This document shows positions 25,591-39,446 of a stretch of DNA of 64,000 bases, in pieces. The notes beneath the pieces were generated by a model that was not told where the DNA came from, ran no database searches, and worked only from the letters and a program-made list of their open reading frames with translations. The stretch is taken from contig NW_021833444.1 in the NCBI RefSeq assembly GCF_006345805.1, forward strand, positions 1 to 64,000. Reading direction: 5' to 3'. This DNA is from Octopus sinensis. Lineage: Eukaryota. Position 1 is the stretch's first letter. Each line of letters starts with the position of its first letter. A program made the translations under genes and the position numbers.

Positions 25591-28500
25591 TTTGATTATA
25601 ATAAGAAAATGTTAAAACGGTTTACAAAGAAAAACTTTGAGAAAATATTAAAAAGTTCATTAAAAATATTAGGATTTCATTAAAAGTCATGTTTGTTTGG
25701 CAGTATCTATATATATATATATATACACAGAAAATTATAAGTCCAAAAAGGTCATATATTGATGGTATATATATATATACACAGAAGGAGATATATTTAC
25801 CAGTTTACAACGAATTTGAGGTCAGTTCATCTCAAATTTCCACTCGTGCGACATCTTACAACTTTACTTTGTTATATATATATATATATATATATGGGAT
25901 AGCGCATGTTTGCGAATCATCTACCAGCCTTGTAATAAGCCCCCATCTCTTCGCTAACACCTTGTCCAAATTCTTAAAATTTCTGTTTACCAGAGTTAAG
26001 GGCCTAAAGTTGTCGATGACATGACCCTTGTTCGAGTCCTTTCTCAACAGCGTCACTACACCTCGGCTCACAGAATTGGGAATCGTCCCGTTCTTTTGCC
26101 AATTGCAATATAACCTCTACAACAGATCACCGAACAGGTCTGATATATGAGTATAAAGCTCGAAGAGCAGACCATCTAAACTCAACACCTGTTGCTTGTG
26201 AAGCTAGACATTGCCTCATCAGTATCTTCGGTTGTTATTGACATTACCATCCTTTCAGTTCCGTTACTATCTGCTCAGTCCCAACTCTGTTTATTCAGTC
26301 CCATCGCTATCCGTTCTGTCCCAACTCTCTCAGTTCCGTTCTAACTCTATCTCTTCAATAATCCACTACTACCCTTCCCCTGTCAGTTAAATATTCAGTT
26401 TTATCGTTATCTTTTCAGTCCCACATATACAGACATGCACGAATAAAATTTAGATGTCACTTACGTTTTCTATTATCTTTAAATCTTCTTTACTAATGCT
26501 GACATTTTGCTTTGAGACCGCCAAATGTAAGCAGATATTTCCATCTTCATCTTCGGCATTGACTTTAGCTCCTTTTGATATCAATAATTCAATTAAACCT
26601 ATATGTCCCTGCGTCGCAGCCAGAAACAACGGCGTCTGACCACTATTGTTTTTAATGTCTATCTCTGCACGGCCCTAAAAAAAATAAAGGCAGACACATT
26701 AGTGGTAATAAGTGGCATTGGTGATGGTAATGATGGTAGTGTTTTTGTTAGTAGCGGTGGAGTATGGTGATGAGGATAGTGACAGGGATGATTATGGCAA
26801 CGATAGTGTTGCTGATAGTGGTAGCGTAGAGAGTGACGGTGGTGGAGATGATGAGGATGGTAGGTATAATGTAGTGAGTAGCTTTTTCCCAGTTCGAACG
26901 TGCCTCAAGCATATTTGGACTGATAATAGCATTACAATTTTATTTATAACTGCTTAGCGCTCTCTCTTTGTAATTTACTTGTCCAGGCAGCGTACTCGAC
27001 TGCATGGTTATTAGGCTCATAAATTAACGTCAATGTTTGATTTGTAATTAAATAAAATAAAGTTTAACAGAAAGATTATAAAACCATCGCTTACCAATGA
27101 AAGGAGTGTGTCAGCAACTTCTCGGTGCCCATTCAAAGCAGCAAGATGTAATGCAGTAAAACCATCATCTTTCTTATCATTAACAATGTGTTGGCATTTT
27201 CGAAGAATACTTTCAATTGCACTGAAGAATGATGAAAATATTCGAGACAAAAGTATCATTAGAAAAATAATTTAGCTTTGAAGTATTTGACGTATAGAGT
27301 TATAACGAGCTTACAAGAAGTATATATGGTGATAAAAGGTAATTTTGTGTTATCGGTTTTAATATAAGGAGTATAAGTAAATTAGTTAGAAATGCAGATG
27401 ATGGCTTTGGGTAAAGGAAAATGCAGGAGGATCAGTTGATTATGATTTTATCCAATATATTTCCCTCTCAGATTTACACACTTATTGCAGTGGTCCTTCA
27501 GTTTTTCTGTAAAAGAACTCGATTGGGCCTCTGGCGTTCCCCTTTAAGCTAGGAACTTTTCAGTTTCCCCTTGTATAAATAGCCAATTGATATATAGAGG
27601 TCATAATTTATAGCCACTGAGTTTAAAAGCTCAATTGATAACACCATCATTAAATTCTAATGCAGTAAATTATACGTTATTACAATGCAGGCATATACAG
27701 ATATCGGCTGGCTGAAAAGTTTGCTGAGCGAAACATATCTGCAATAAAAAGTAGAAAAGGCATATATTTTATATATAACTACTCATAATTATGAATTCTA
27801 TGTGAAATCTATACTTTCCTGCTTTTATTCTAAATTTATCGACATACTTCTCTCATTTTCTCGGTATATGTGTGTGTGTGTGCGCATGTCTGTGTGCGTG
27901 TGTGTGTATACTTACATCTATCTATATATTAAAATTGAATTTCTGTTTGTCCGTCAACATTCAAGTAAAGTCAGCAAATCTGTAAGGAGAAGTCTCACCT
28001 TGGTTCAGATTCGAAACTGAATCTTTCAATTTTCCTTCGGCATACGATTTATTCAAACGTCAAAAGGAACCGTGATAAATGAGTGTTTCATCTGACCTGT
28101 GACCTTTTCAGCGTCTTCGCAACTTCACTCACATGATGAGTCACCTGGATTGTTTTTTTATCAGTCAGCATGAAAGTAAAGACAGCAAAAAATGTAGGAA
28201 TTTTCTGACCCTGGTTCAGATTCGAAACTGAATCTTTCAATTCTCCTTGGGCGTAGGACCAATTCAAATCTCAAAAAAAAACTTCGAAAAGAACCGTGAC
28301 AAATGGGTGTTCCACTTGACACGTGGCCTTTTCAGTCTCATCACACATTCACCTAGATTCGGTTGAGCTAATGTTCTATATGATATAGCTATTTTCCTAG
28401 CTTGTCGGTTCAGATATAAATATACGAAATTCTTTCAGATAGGCAGAGAGAGCCCGACAGTAAAGTAAGACGCACGGCACACACAGACAGAACTTGACAG

Positions 28501-29702
28501 GGAAAGAAAACATCGACACTCCTACAAAAAGACATTTCACATCAACAACATGCATTCCGACTCAAAGATTTAAAATAGATTTTATTTGATTATTACATAC
28601 TGATATTCCTTATCAAAAAATGTCTCCTAAAAAAGGGCATCAAAAAACGAACGCCAAAGAAACGACGTACTGCAGAAATAGAAAGTGAGAGACGCGCACG
28701 GCTTACAGATGACTGACAAAGAAAGAAAGCTCGACGTGCATCTGAATATATACAAGGGAAGAAATAAGATGACACAACACAGATTTGTTTCAGAAGGCTA
28801 AAGAATATATTTAAATCGTTATGGTAAAAATATTATACAATATTATACAAAATAAGATCTTTTCTCTACCCAAATGACCGTTATCGCTGTAGCTTTTCAA
28901 ACTATGAATGTGAGATACAATTTGAAAGGAGGTGGTCGTCCTAACTGTGGAACATGTCCCAATCTTTTTGAAGCATCAGATTTCCATTTTAAGCAAGGGC
29001 AAAAATTAAAAATTAAGTCCAATTTCACTTACGCCTCTGAAAATTTAAATTTATGTTATCAAATGCCTGGGAGGCCATAAAAACTGTATAGGCTCCACAG
29101 AAATGTCTTCTAGACGTAGATGCACAGTCCACAAACAGCAGATCTTTTTCGCACAATATCGCCAGATACATCTCAGCGAACTCATTTACAGATGCGCAGG
29201 ACAACTGCAACCACAATTCCTAATCTTTCCGTTATATAAATGTGCTGTTTAGATCTCAACACAAGTGTGACTAAATGAATGCGGCTTTTATATATCGAAA
29301 ATATAAGCCAGAAGTAAATATAAATCCATATTGAACATTACACAAGTATCACTAAATAAAGAGGCGACACTTTTCGAAAATATAAACCAGAACTAAATAT
29401 AAATTACAGATTTATCTCCCCTTTACTGAAAAACACCTTGGTTACCAATTATTCCCCACCCACCCAACCAATAGAATTTCTCCCTTCCGATTGCATCTAA
29501 CACTGAAGATTTGAAAAGTTGCATCGCTTGATTAGAGAAAAAAATCTTATTTATTGTAATATTGTATAATACTTTTCCCATAACGATTTAAATATATTCT
29601 CTAGTCTCGTAAAACAAATTTGTGCTTTTCATCTTATTTCTTCCCTTGTATATTCAACCACGTACAATCACCAACTATACTTTCACACACACATTTATAT
29701 GT

Positions 29703-29793
<91 letters not shown>

Positions 29794-31871
29794 TTTATTT
29801 AAAGCTGCAGAAAATTCAACAAAACCTGTTACTCTGAGTTTCACGTTGCCGTTCATCGGACAGTTTTTGCTAGAATATATATTATATATATATATATATG
29901 CGGATATACACGCTTTACACACACACGTGTGTGTGCCTCTGTGTGTTTGTGTCTGTGTGTACCCAAGTAGAGTTATAAAGAAATAGATAAAAGGAAACAA
30001 GTCTATAATTACGCTGTAAGCAAGCTACAACTAAGAATTCAACCTTATCGGGTAGAGCTGCTTGATCAACAAAAGAAAAAAGTGATAAAAAAGGGGAAAA
30101 TGTGGAGCAGAAAAATATTGCAAATTTCAGTAAAGCAGCGTAGTAAGCGGCAGATTAGAAGTTTGTAGAGTGGATGTATTGATAACTGTGTTTTGCAGGT
30201 AAAAGAGCAATAGTTAAGAGTGGCATAAGCAAGTGATGTGTGTGAAAATATACTGTCCTTCAGAAGGCATTAGTAGACCCAGAGTTATGGCTGGAGACGC
30301 AATCCCAAGGTGCCGTACAATAGCATTCAACTTGAAACGGCATTGTTGCAAAACAAACGTTTTCGCCTTTCAGTTATGCTTGTTGCTAAAGTTTGGTTAT
30401 ATTAGTGATGTATTATAATTATAATAATTATAATTATGGTTTAGAAAATTAATAAACCTGAATTAATGAGAAATATTTAAGTGATGATGATAAACAATAG
30501 GCAATATAAATAAACGGGTACATATCTCTTCTTCTTTTACCCGCACGTAAGGGAGACAATTCAGGATTTGTTTTGGTATTATTGCGAGCTCCATGGTTCC
30601 TAAAGTTGTTCTGAAGGAATTACGGGAGAACTGTATGTTTAGGGAGTCCTTTATGCAACTTACGTCCTAATCACGTCAAACTGAAGACCTGAAATTTGGT
30701 TGACGGAAACATTATAGAAGTTTCCTTGAGTGACTCTTGAGTGATCGTTTTAATATGTTACTATGTGATCACTGAGAGTGTTTAACGTAATTTATACTGT
30801 TGTTTCGAGTAGTCGAGGCAGCTCTCAGTTTTGAGGAAAACATTGTTTTTTCCCTCCATGAAATCACAGGCGAACCTTCAGAAGATTCATCAAATTCATC
30901 ATTTCCTCCCTGCCATCTCTGTCAAAGGTTCGTAAATACCGAAAAGGAGATTTATATTCTAAAGATATTGGTGTAGAATATATTTGGAAGATTTCTTTGA
31001 GTAGAAGCGATTTCATTTTTTTACAATATTTCGAAATAATGCGTTCAAGATTTTCATGCATAACAACAACAAAACCCAACAATAACAATAATAATAATAA
31101 TAATCCTTTCTAGTGGAAACACTAGAAGTACATAATTGGTACTTATTTAATCGACTCCGAAAGGATGAAAGGTAAAGTCTACCTCGGTGGAATTTGAAAT
31201 CAGAACGTAGTGACGGGCGAAATGCCGCTAAGTATTTCGTCCAGCGTGCTAGCTATTCTGCCAGCTCGCCGCTTTAATGATAATGATTTAAATTTTTGCC
31301 GCAAGGGTAGCTTGTGGGAGGAGAGTAAGTCAATTATATCGAGCCCAGTGCGTAAATGGTACTTATTTAATCGACACCAAAAGGATGAAAGGCCAAATCG
31401 ACCTGCGCGGAATTTGAACTCAGAGAACGTAGCGACAGGCGAAATACCTCTTTCTTTACTACCCACAAGGGGCTAAACACAGAGAGGACAAACAAGGACA
31501 GACAAACGGATTAAGTCGATTATATCGACCCCAGTGCGTAAGTGGTACTTAATTTATCGACCCCGAAAGGATGAAAGGCAAAGTCGACCTCGGCGTAATT
31601 TGAACTCAGAACGTAGCGGCAGACGAAATACCGCTGAGCATTTCACCGGGCGTGGTAACGATTCTACCAGCTTGCCGACTTAATAATGATAATAATAATA
31701 TTTTTAAAAAAAAATTTTTTTTTTTTTATGTATTAGACATTCACTAGTACAACACCCCAAAAAAACCCCAAAAAAACAAATATATGGCACAGAACTTCCA
31801 ACCTGTTGTCTCTTGAGGTCTCTGGGTGAGACTTGGAGCCAACTTGTACAGACATAAAGCAAAAGTCCAAC

Positions 31872-31935
<64 letters not shown>

Positions 31936-33602
31936 GGATGAGGATGAGGATGATTTCTTTATTTGCCCCTAGGGTAAAGGAGTAGTGGCACAATACAAAG
32001 ACAGGCATAAATTGTGAAAGTTTACGTATAATGAATTGATAAGAAAAAACGAGAAAAATACCGGAGGAGGAAAATCCACTTGCTTGCAATCCATCATCTA
32101 CACTAACAACATGGTATACAGTAAACCATGGAAGGGAAACAAATATATATAGTATACAACAATGAAAGAAAAGAAGAAGAAGAATCTTGTGATTGTTGTT
32201 TCTCATCCTGGATTTGTTTTTAGTTTTGGTGTTTTATTTTATTAACTGCCGTAGTGGTTCACTGTGTGTGTATTACGTTTGCTGTTGCAGTTTTTGATTT
32301 TCTGGATGCTATTCTTTTAGTAGTAGTGATGGTGGTGGTGATAGCAGAGCAGACATTTCTCTAGCTCCCTTTTATCGTTGTTGTTTTTGTTGTTTTTGTT
32401 TTAGGCAGAGGGCTTTCAAATGAGAGTAAGAGCTACAAGTTTTGAGTCTCGGTTTCCTGCCTCTCGCCAAGACCTGGAATTGTGCTCTGACCGGCAACTT
32501 AATGAGGTCGGGGATCTTGTCCTGAGATTCCGGTTTTACCTGGATCAAAATCTCCAGCCCTATCCCGGACCAGTTTTCCATTTGCGACTAACAACAAAAT
32601 GTCTAATTTTGATGGCACATCTATAATTTTAATCTTGTTTCTTTTTTTTCTAGAATAGAGAACAGGACCCGACGCTCAGTTTCTATAGAGCGCAACAAAT
32701 AAATTTCACCAACTGATCACCGTGTTACCCTACTGAACAACCCTACTGATTCAGGAATGCCATGTGGGCACCTAATATTCCTCTACTTCCATCATTAGTC
32801 TTTAAAAAATAGCTACTAAATGTCCTTTAAATCACACCATACTGCCTTGCCTAAATATAATAAGCTGGAATAGTATTAGAAAATATTTTCTTAGATACAG
32901 CAATCTGAAAGCAGTTGGGTTGGTGGTTTGCGATGGCTAGACTACATTCGATTATATGTCTAATTGATGAGAGCAAAAAGGGAGGAACGACACGTTGGAT
33001 ATTGTGTCCCAAATGCAGTATACCTGAACAAAAATGTTGGGAAAACTATTGGAAAATCCTTGATGATAAAATTTGTTCAATGCCAATATGAAAAATGAAT
33101 TAAAGAGTTACTTACAAATTATTTCCCTTGATTGCTGCATGGTGTAATGTATTGAAACCGCGCTTGTTACGTATCGTGAAATCAATTCTTGAGTCATTGA
33201 TTAGCATATCAATGATTTCCTCGTTCTCTTTGCGGATAGCGTCATGTAAAGCAGTGTCCCCTAAGGAATCCTGAAAATAATTACAATAATGATAATAAGG
33301 GTTTCAAATTTTGCCACAATAAGAATTCTTATCGAACTTTACACATGATAGACAAGAATCCGCCTTACCCATTCTACACAACACATTTCTTGGATGACAG
33401 AACTGAAACTTTAACATTCAATGTCTATTTTTATTTTTATATTTTCCTTTTATACATTCTGCGTCATATCTAAATTCTTGTATATCTCTCGCTCTCCAGA
33501 ATAACGTCTAAAAAAGGAACTCTACTAATTCCTTCTGTTGAAGCTCTTTTAACTAGTCTCTCATGATAGGATATCATATATTTCTCTGAAACACACACAC
33601 AC

Positions 33603-33637
<35 letters not shown>

Positions 33638-34103
33638 GTGAAGTAACATAGCGAGGAAAAGAAATCCTTCAAAGGGGTGCGTTAAACATTCAGTTCACTG
33701 GTACATCATTTGGATATCATATAAATATTGGTTTAATTCAATAATGAAGATAAATTAAATATAGAGATATTCTGTTGACATTCAATAATTTATTTATATT
33801 ACAATATTTCATTATATAACATAAAATAAAGCATAACATATGAATAATTATAAAAACCGTAAAAGGCCAACAAATGGTTTCGACTCTCTTTTACTCTTTT
33901 ACTCTTTTACTTGTTTCAGTCATTTGAATGTGGCCATGCTGGAGCACCGCCTTTATTCGAACAAATTGAACCCAGGACTTCTTTGTAAGCCTAGTACTTA
34001 TTCTATCGGTCTCTTTTGCCGAACCGCTAAGTATCGGGAACGTAAACACACCAGCATCGGTTGTCAAGTTATGTTGTGAGGGGGGACAAACAAACACACA
34101 AAC

Positions 34104-34140
<37 letters not shown>

Positions 34141-34517
34141 CGACGGGCTTCTTTTAGTTTCCGTCTATCAAATCTACTCACAAGGCTTTGGTCGGCCCGA
34201 TGCTACAGTAGAAGACACTTGCCCAAGGTGCCACGCAGAAGGACTGAACCCGGAACCAAGTGGCTGGTAAGCAAGCTACATACTACACACCCACCCCTAC
34301 GCCTATATATATTTCTTTTTCCTGATATACACAGTTCAGTTATATATAGGTGGCGTATATATAATTGAACTGTGATTATGTATATCAGGAAATAGGGATA
34401 TATATAAGTCAAAACACTTTGTTGACCTTTTACGGTTTTTCTATTTATATAGTATTTAATGTAATATTATAACATAAATTATTGAATGTCAATAGAATAT
34501 CGCTATATCTAATTTAT

Positions 34518-34554
<37 letters not shown>

Positions 34555-34807
34555 AATGAGGGTGAAAGATTGATATTAATTTAATAATACCATTAATTTA
34601 ACACCGAGTGGCTTAGCACAAAAACTACGGAGAAAATACAAATTTATACATAAATTATTAGAGAGTTAACCACTATGTGGATAACTCTAGTGCTAAAAAT
34701 AGCTCCGATAGTATAGCCACAGAAAAAAGATGTTTCCAACTAGAAGTAACATACATTTAACGGAAATACTATCGGAGCTATTTTTAGCACTAGAGTTATC
34801 CACATAG

Positions 34808-34892
<85 letters not shown>

Positions 34893-34893
34893 A

Positions 34894-34928
<35 letters not shown>

Positions 34929-36399
34929 GTGTATGTATGTATGTATGTATGTATGTATGTATGTATGTATGTGCGTTTATGTAATATATTGCATACATAC
35001 ATCCATATATATATATATATATGTATATTGCACACATATATATCACATAAATCCAGACGCGCGCACGCACACACGCATACCCACACACGCGCGCATATAT
35101 ATAACATCATCGTCGTCGCCTTCATCATCATCATCATAGAACCATCGATTAAAATTGGCCCACAGAATTGAAATATGCTTTTGCCTGTTGGTGCGAGTGG
35201 TGGAAAGAGGGACCCTTTCCAGATACTAGCGGATATTGACTAACCTGAATATTAATCGGAGCTGAATGCTTAACTAACATCCGGACGCACTTGATAGACT
35301 CTTTGTTCACTGCTATGTGAAGTGCACTTTGCTTCTTCTTGTTTAAGGCGTCAATTTTGGCTCCCTTTGACAGAAGCAGTTCCATTATTTCTGTTTGTTC
35401 ACTAAAATAAAAAAATGAAAAGAACTCAAACACAAATTGAGGTTAATGAAAGGTATTTTCACATCGGTACAAGATGGTGTTGGTGATGGTGGTGATAGTT
35501 GTGATGCGGATGACGGTAATGGTGTCATGATGATGATGATGATGATGGTCGTGATCATAGTCATAACAAAAAAGAAAACAGCAACAAATGAAGACGATAG
35601 ATTACTTTAAGTAATAATGATTCTGTCTAATTTTAGCGCAAGGCCAAGAATTTTCAAGGGAGATAGAAATCGATTACAGCGAAGCTAATATTTTATTGGT
35701 ATATATTTTATCGAAATTGTTAGGTTGACAGGTAAAGTTGGTGGTGTTTGAACTTAGAACGTAAGTGCCGGAAGAAATACCACTGGGCGTTTTGTCCGAC
35801 ATGTTTACTCTTCTGCTTGCTTGCTGCCTTAATGATGATAATGATTTCTATTATCAATGGTTGCAAATTGCTGAGTTAAAAGCAGAAAATGAAGTGTCTT
35901 CGTAACTCAAGAATCAACCATTTTCTAAGATTTTATAATTCATACTGATAGAATTATGAAAGCAAATCACGCAGTTAGAACAGTAAAAAGCCATATTGAT
36001 AAACCTTGTGCCCTAATTCTATCCCCAAACAACAGTGTCGCAGACAAAGATCTCAATAAGATACAAAAGTATAAAGAGCTCAGTCTGAAGATTGCCAAAA
36101 TGTGGCAATCTTCTATGATACCTGTTATCATAGGAAAGCTCGGGATAATAAAGTGAGGACCAGAAACATTCACAGACATGATACCAACAAAACTGTGCTG
36201 GATATTGCGCACGTTTTACCAGACGCAGAATCGACATACCACTGTAGGGACGCTTCCGGAAAGAAAATCAAATACGTTGGAAAATCGATTATAACAGTGA
36301 CTCGATCTATTCCTAGGGATATCTGAAGAAAGAATTTTTATATTCTGAAATATTATATCAGATAATAATAATAATAATAATAATAATAATATAATAATA

Positions 36400-36434
<35 letters not shown>

Positions 36435-36451
36435 TAATAATAATAATAATA

Positions 36452-36489
<38 letters not shown>

Positions 36490-36494
36490 TTAAA

Positions 36495-36525
<31 letters not shown>

Positions 36526-36530
36526 TTAAA

Positions 36531-36585
<55 letters not shown>

Positions 36586-36602
36586 TTAATAATAATAATA
36601 AT

Positions 36603-36678
<76 letters not shown>

Positions 36679-37211
36679 CCAACATTATGGAATAACAACA
36701 GAAAAAAGATGGTATAGGCACACACCAGAAAAGGTCACAGAAAACGAGAAAGCAACAATACTCTGGGATATGCCGATACACACAGATACAGAAATTAAGC
36801 CAACAGACCAGAAAAAAATGCTTTCTAATTGATGTATCAATACCAGCAGATGACAACGTGTCTCTAAAAGAAATGGAGAAACTTTCAAAATACAAAGACC
36901 TGGAAATAGAGGTAACCAGAATGTGGAATCTAAAAACAGAAACAATTCCTATCATAGTAGGCGCATTAGGTATGATAAAAAAAGTATTCAGACAAATACA
37001 TAACAAAAGCACCAGGACTTACAAATACATATAACATACAGAAAATTGCACGACTAGGCACTGCACACATCCTACGCAGAACACTTTCAATACAATAACC
37101 ATCAGAGCATCACAACAAATCACAGCACATACCCAAGGCACACAGAGCTGCGCTTGGTAGTGAAGTGAAAGCACACTATAAAAATAAAACTACTGAATAA
37201 TAATGATGATG

Positions 37212-37269
<58 letters not shown>

Positions 37270-39383
37270 GAAATAATTCAGAAAAAAGCAAAAAATGGTA
37301 AGCAAAATTTAATCTGAAAATTTTTGAGATAATCAGAGGATGCTGTAAAAAACATACCCAAACGCAGAGAAATGCAATGCCGTATCCCCGTCGTCATCTT
37401 GTAGTTCTATGTTAGCTCCGGCCTCCAAAAGCATCAATACGATGTCTTTGTGGCCTTTAAAACTAGCAACTTGTAAGGCTGTTTTACCAGAACATTTTTT
37501 ATCAACCTGTGGCGAGAGCGAGAGAGTGACAGAAAATGTACTCAGAGCAATTAAAAATGAAGGACGATTGAGAGAGCAGAGCAGAGAAAGGCAAAGAAAC
37601 AAAGAGAGGTGATTCAGAGCGGTCCCGAAGCACAAAATATTCTCAGACTAGAGGGATGCGTATAATAGGATTGGCAGTTTTAAAGGACCCCAAGGGCCAT
37701 GTAGTATTGTTAAACTAGGCAACAGAAATTGTCCATAGAGTTTCTGTCTTCCAAATTTTGTACGCATGACATAAGGTAGAAAGCACTTGTCCTACAGTGC
37801 CAAGTAGTAGACTTGAAGCAGGTAACCGTTTCGATTTGATGTGAAACTCTTAAGCAGACAGCTCTCGTTGCTCGTTCACTGACAAATGTCCAGGTAGCAT
37901 ATGAGGCTCATCAGTTCCACCACTCTGGGAGGAGGTCACCAGTATCGCCTGGATAACAGGCTTAAATAAAGAAGGAACAAGAAAAATAAAATGAACGGGA
38001 GGAGTAAGAAAGGGACGAGGAGGACGAGAGGAAGGAGGAGATGAGGCGAGGAGGGGAGGAGGGGTATGCAAAGAAGAGGAAAGGGAGGATGATGAAGGGG
38101 AAGTGGAGGACGAGGAGAAGGAGGAGAAAGAGGCAGGAGTGAAGGACAAGGAGGAGGAGGTTTGTAGAAAGAAGAAAAAGATGCAGAAGAAGAAGAAGAA
38201 GAAGAAGAAGAAGAAGAAGAAGAAGAAGAAGAAAAAGAAGAAGAAGAAGAAGAAGAAAAGAAGAAGAAGAAGAAGAAGAAGAAGAAGAAGAAGAAGAAGA
38301 AGAAGAAGAAGAAGAAGAGTTGAATGCAATGAACATTTGATATGACAGATATATAGATAACAGCTTACTTCATCTCGATGACTTTTGATAAATTCTCGAA
38401 CATTTCGTGTATGGCCTTTAGCAGCATCCTTTACGAAACCATCTAGAACTGTGGCACCAAATCTCATATTAAAGAGCTTTTGTAGCATGTCATCCATTGA
38501 TTCTATATAAGTAGTCGTGAAAGTTTAATTATTAAAGTAAATACTTCTAGTTGAATGTAAGCAAAATGTCTGAAATTAGGAAAATACGATGTGACATCAA
38601 AACGTTCCCTGACTAGTTCTGTAGCGCGCCAACAGCTGGCAACACTCTGCCCAATGAGAGCTAGCAGTGATCTTCATGAGTCAGTGTACCGAGAGACATC
38701 GCTGTGTTTACTTTGCAAGTTGTGGAATTTGTACTTTCGTAATCACGAGTACGCAGGATATCTCTGGAAGACAATGAGTGACTCGGAAGACCTGCGAAGA
38801 GCATCACCCCTAATAATGTGGTATTGTGCATCAAGAATTCGTCTCCGAGGTCCCGACCGTCAATCGTGAATTCTACCGTGATGATTTGAAGCTTTTGAGG
38901 GAGGTCTTTCAACGAAAATGACCGGATCTGTGAAGCATGAAGAATTGGCTTCTTCTCGACGTCAATGCACCCTGTCACCGAATTCTCCTCACTCGTGAGT
39001 TTCTTGCCAAAAATGACATGGAATAGCTTTCACATCCGTCCTATTCGCATCCCTATTCGCCAGATTTAGCACCCGCTGGTTTCCATCTCTTCTCCAAGAT
39101 GAAAACGCAGCTCAAAGGTCGTCGTTTTAACACCGTTGTTGAGATCCAGAGAAAATCACAGAAAGTTCTCGACTCGCTTACGGAAAACAACTTCCAGGCT
39201 GGATTCCAAAAGTGGAAGGAAAGCTGACACTGGGGTATCGCAGCACAAGGTATCTATTTCGAAGGAAAATATGTTAAAACTTAGGTAAAGAAGTTATTAT
39301 TTTTTAAAATTAAACAAAAGTAGTTCGGGAACCTTTTGATACCACCTCGTATATAATGAAAATAAGTAGTGTATACACACATG

Positions 39384-39446
<63 letters not shown>

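Noticed and set aside
37850-38497. 215-aa ORF with poly-L, poly-F and poly-S
   Set aside because: Only 38502-38369 is exon 8. The rest is read-through into an intronic (GAA)n/(GAG)n tract past a gtaagc donor.
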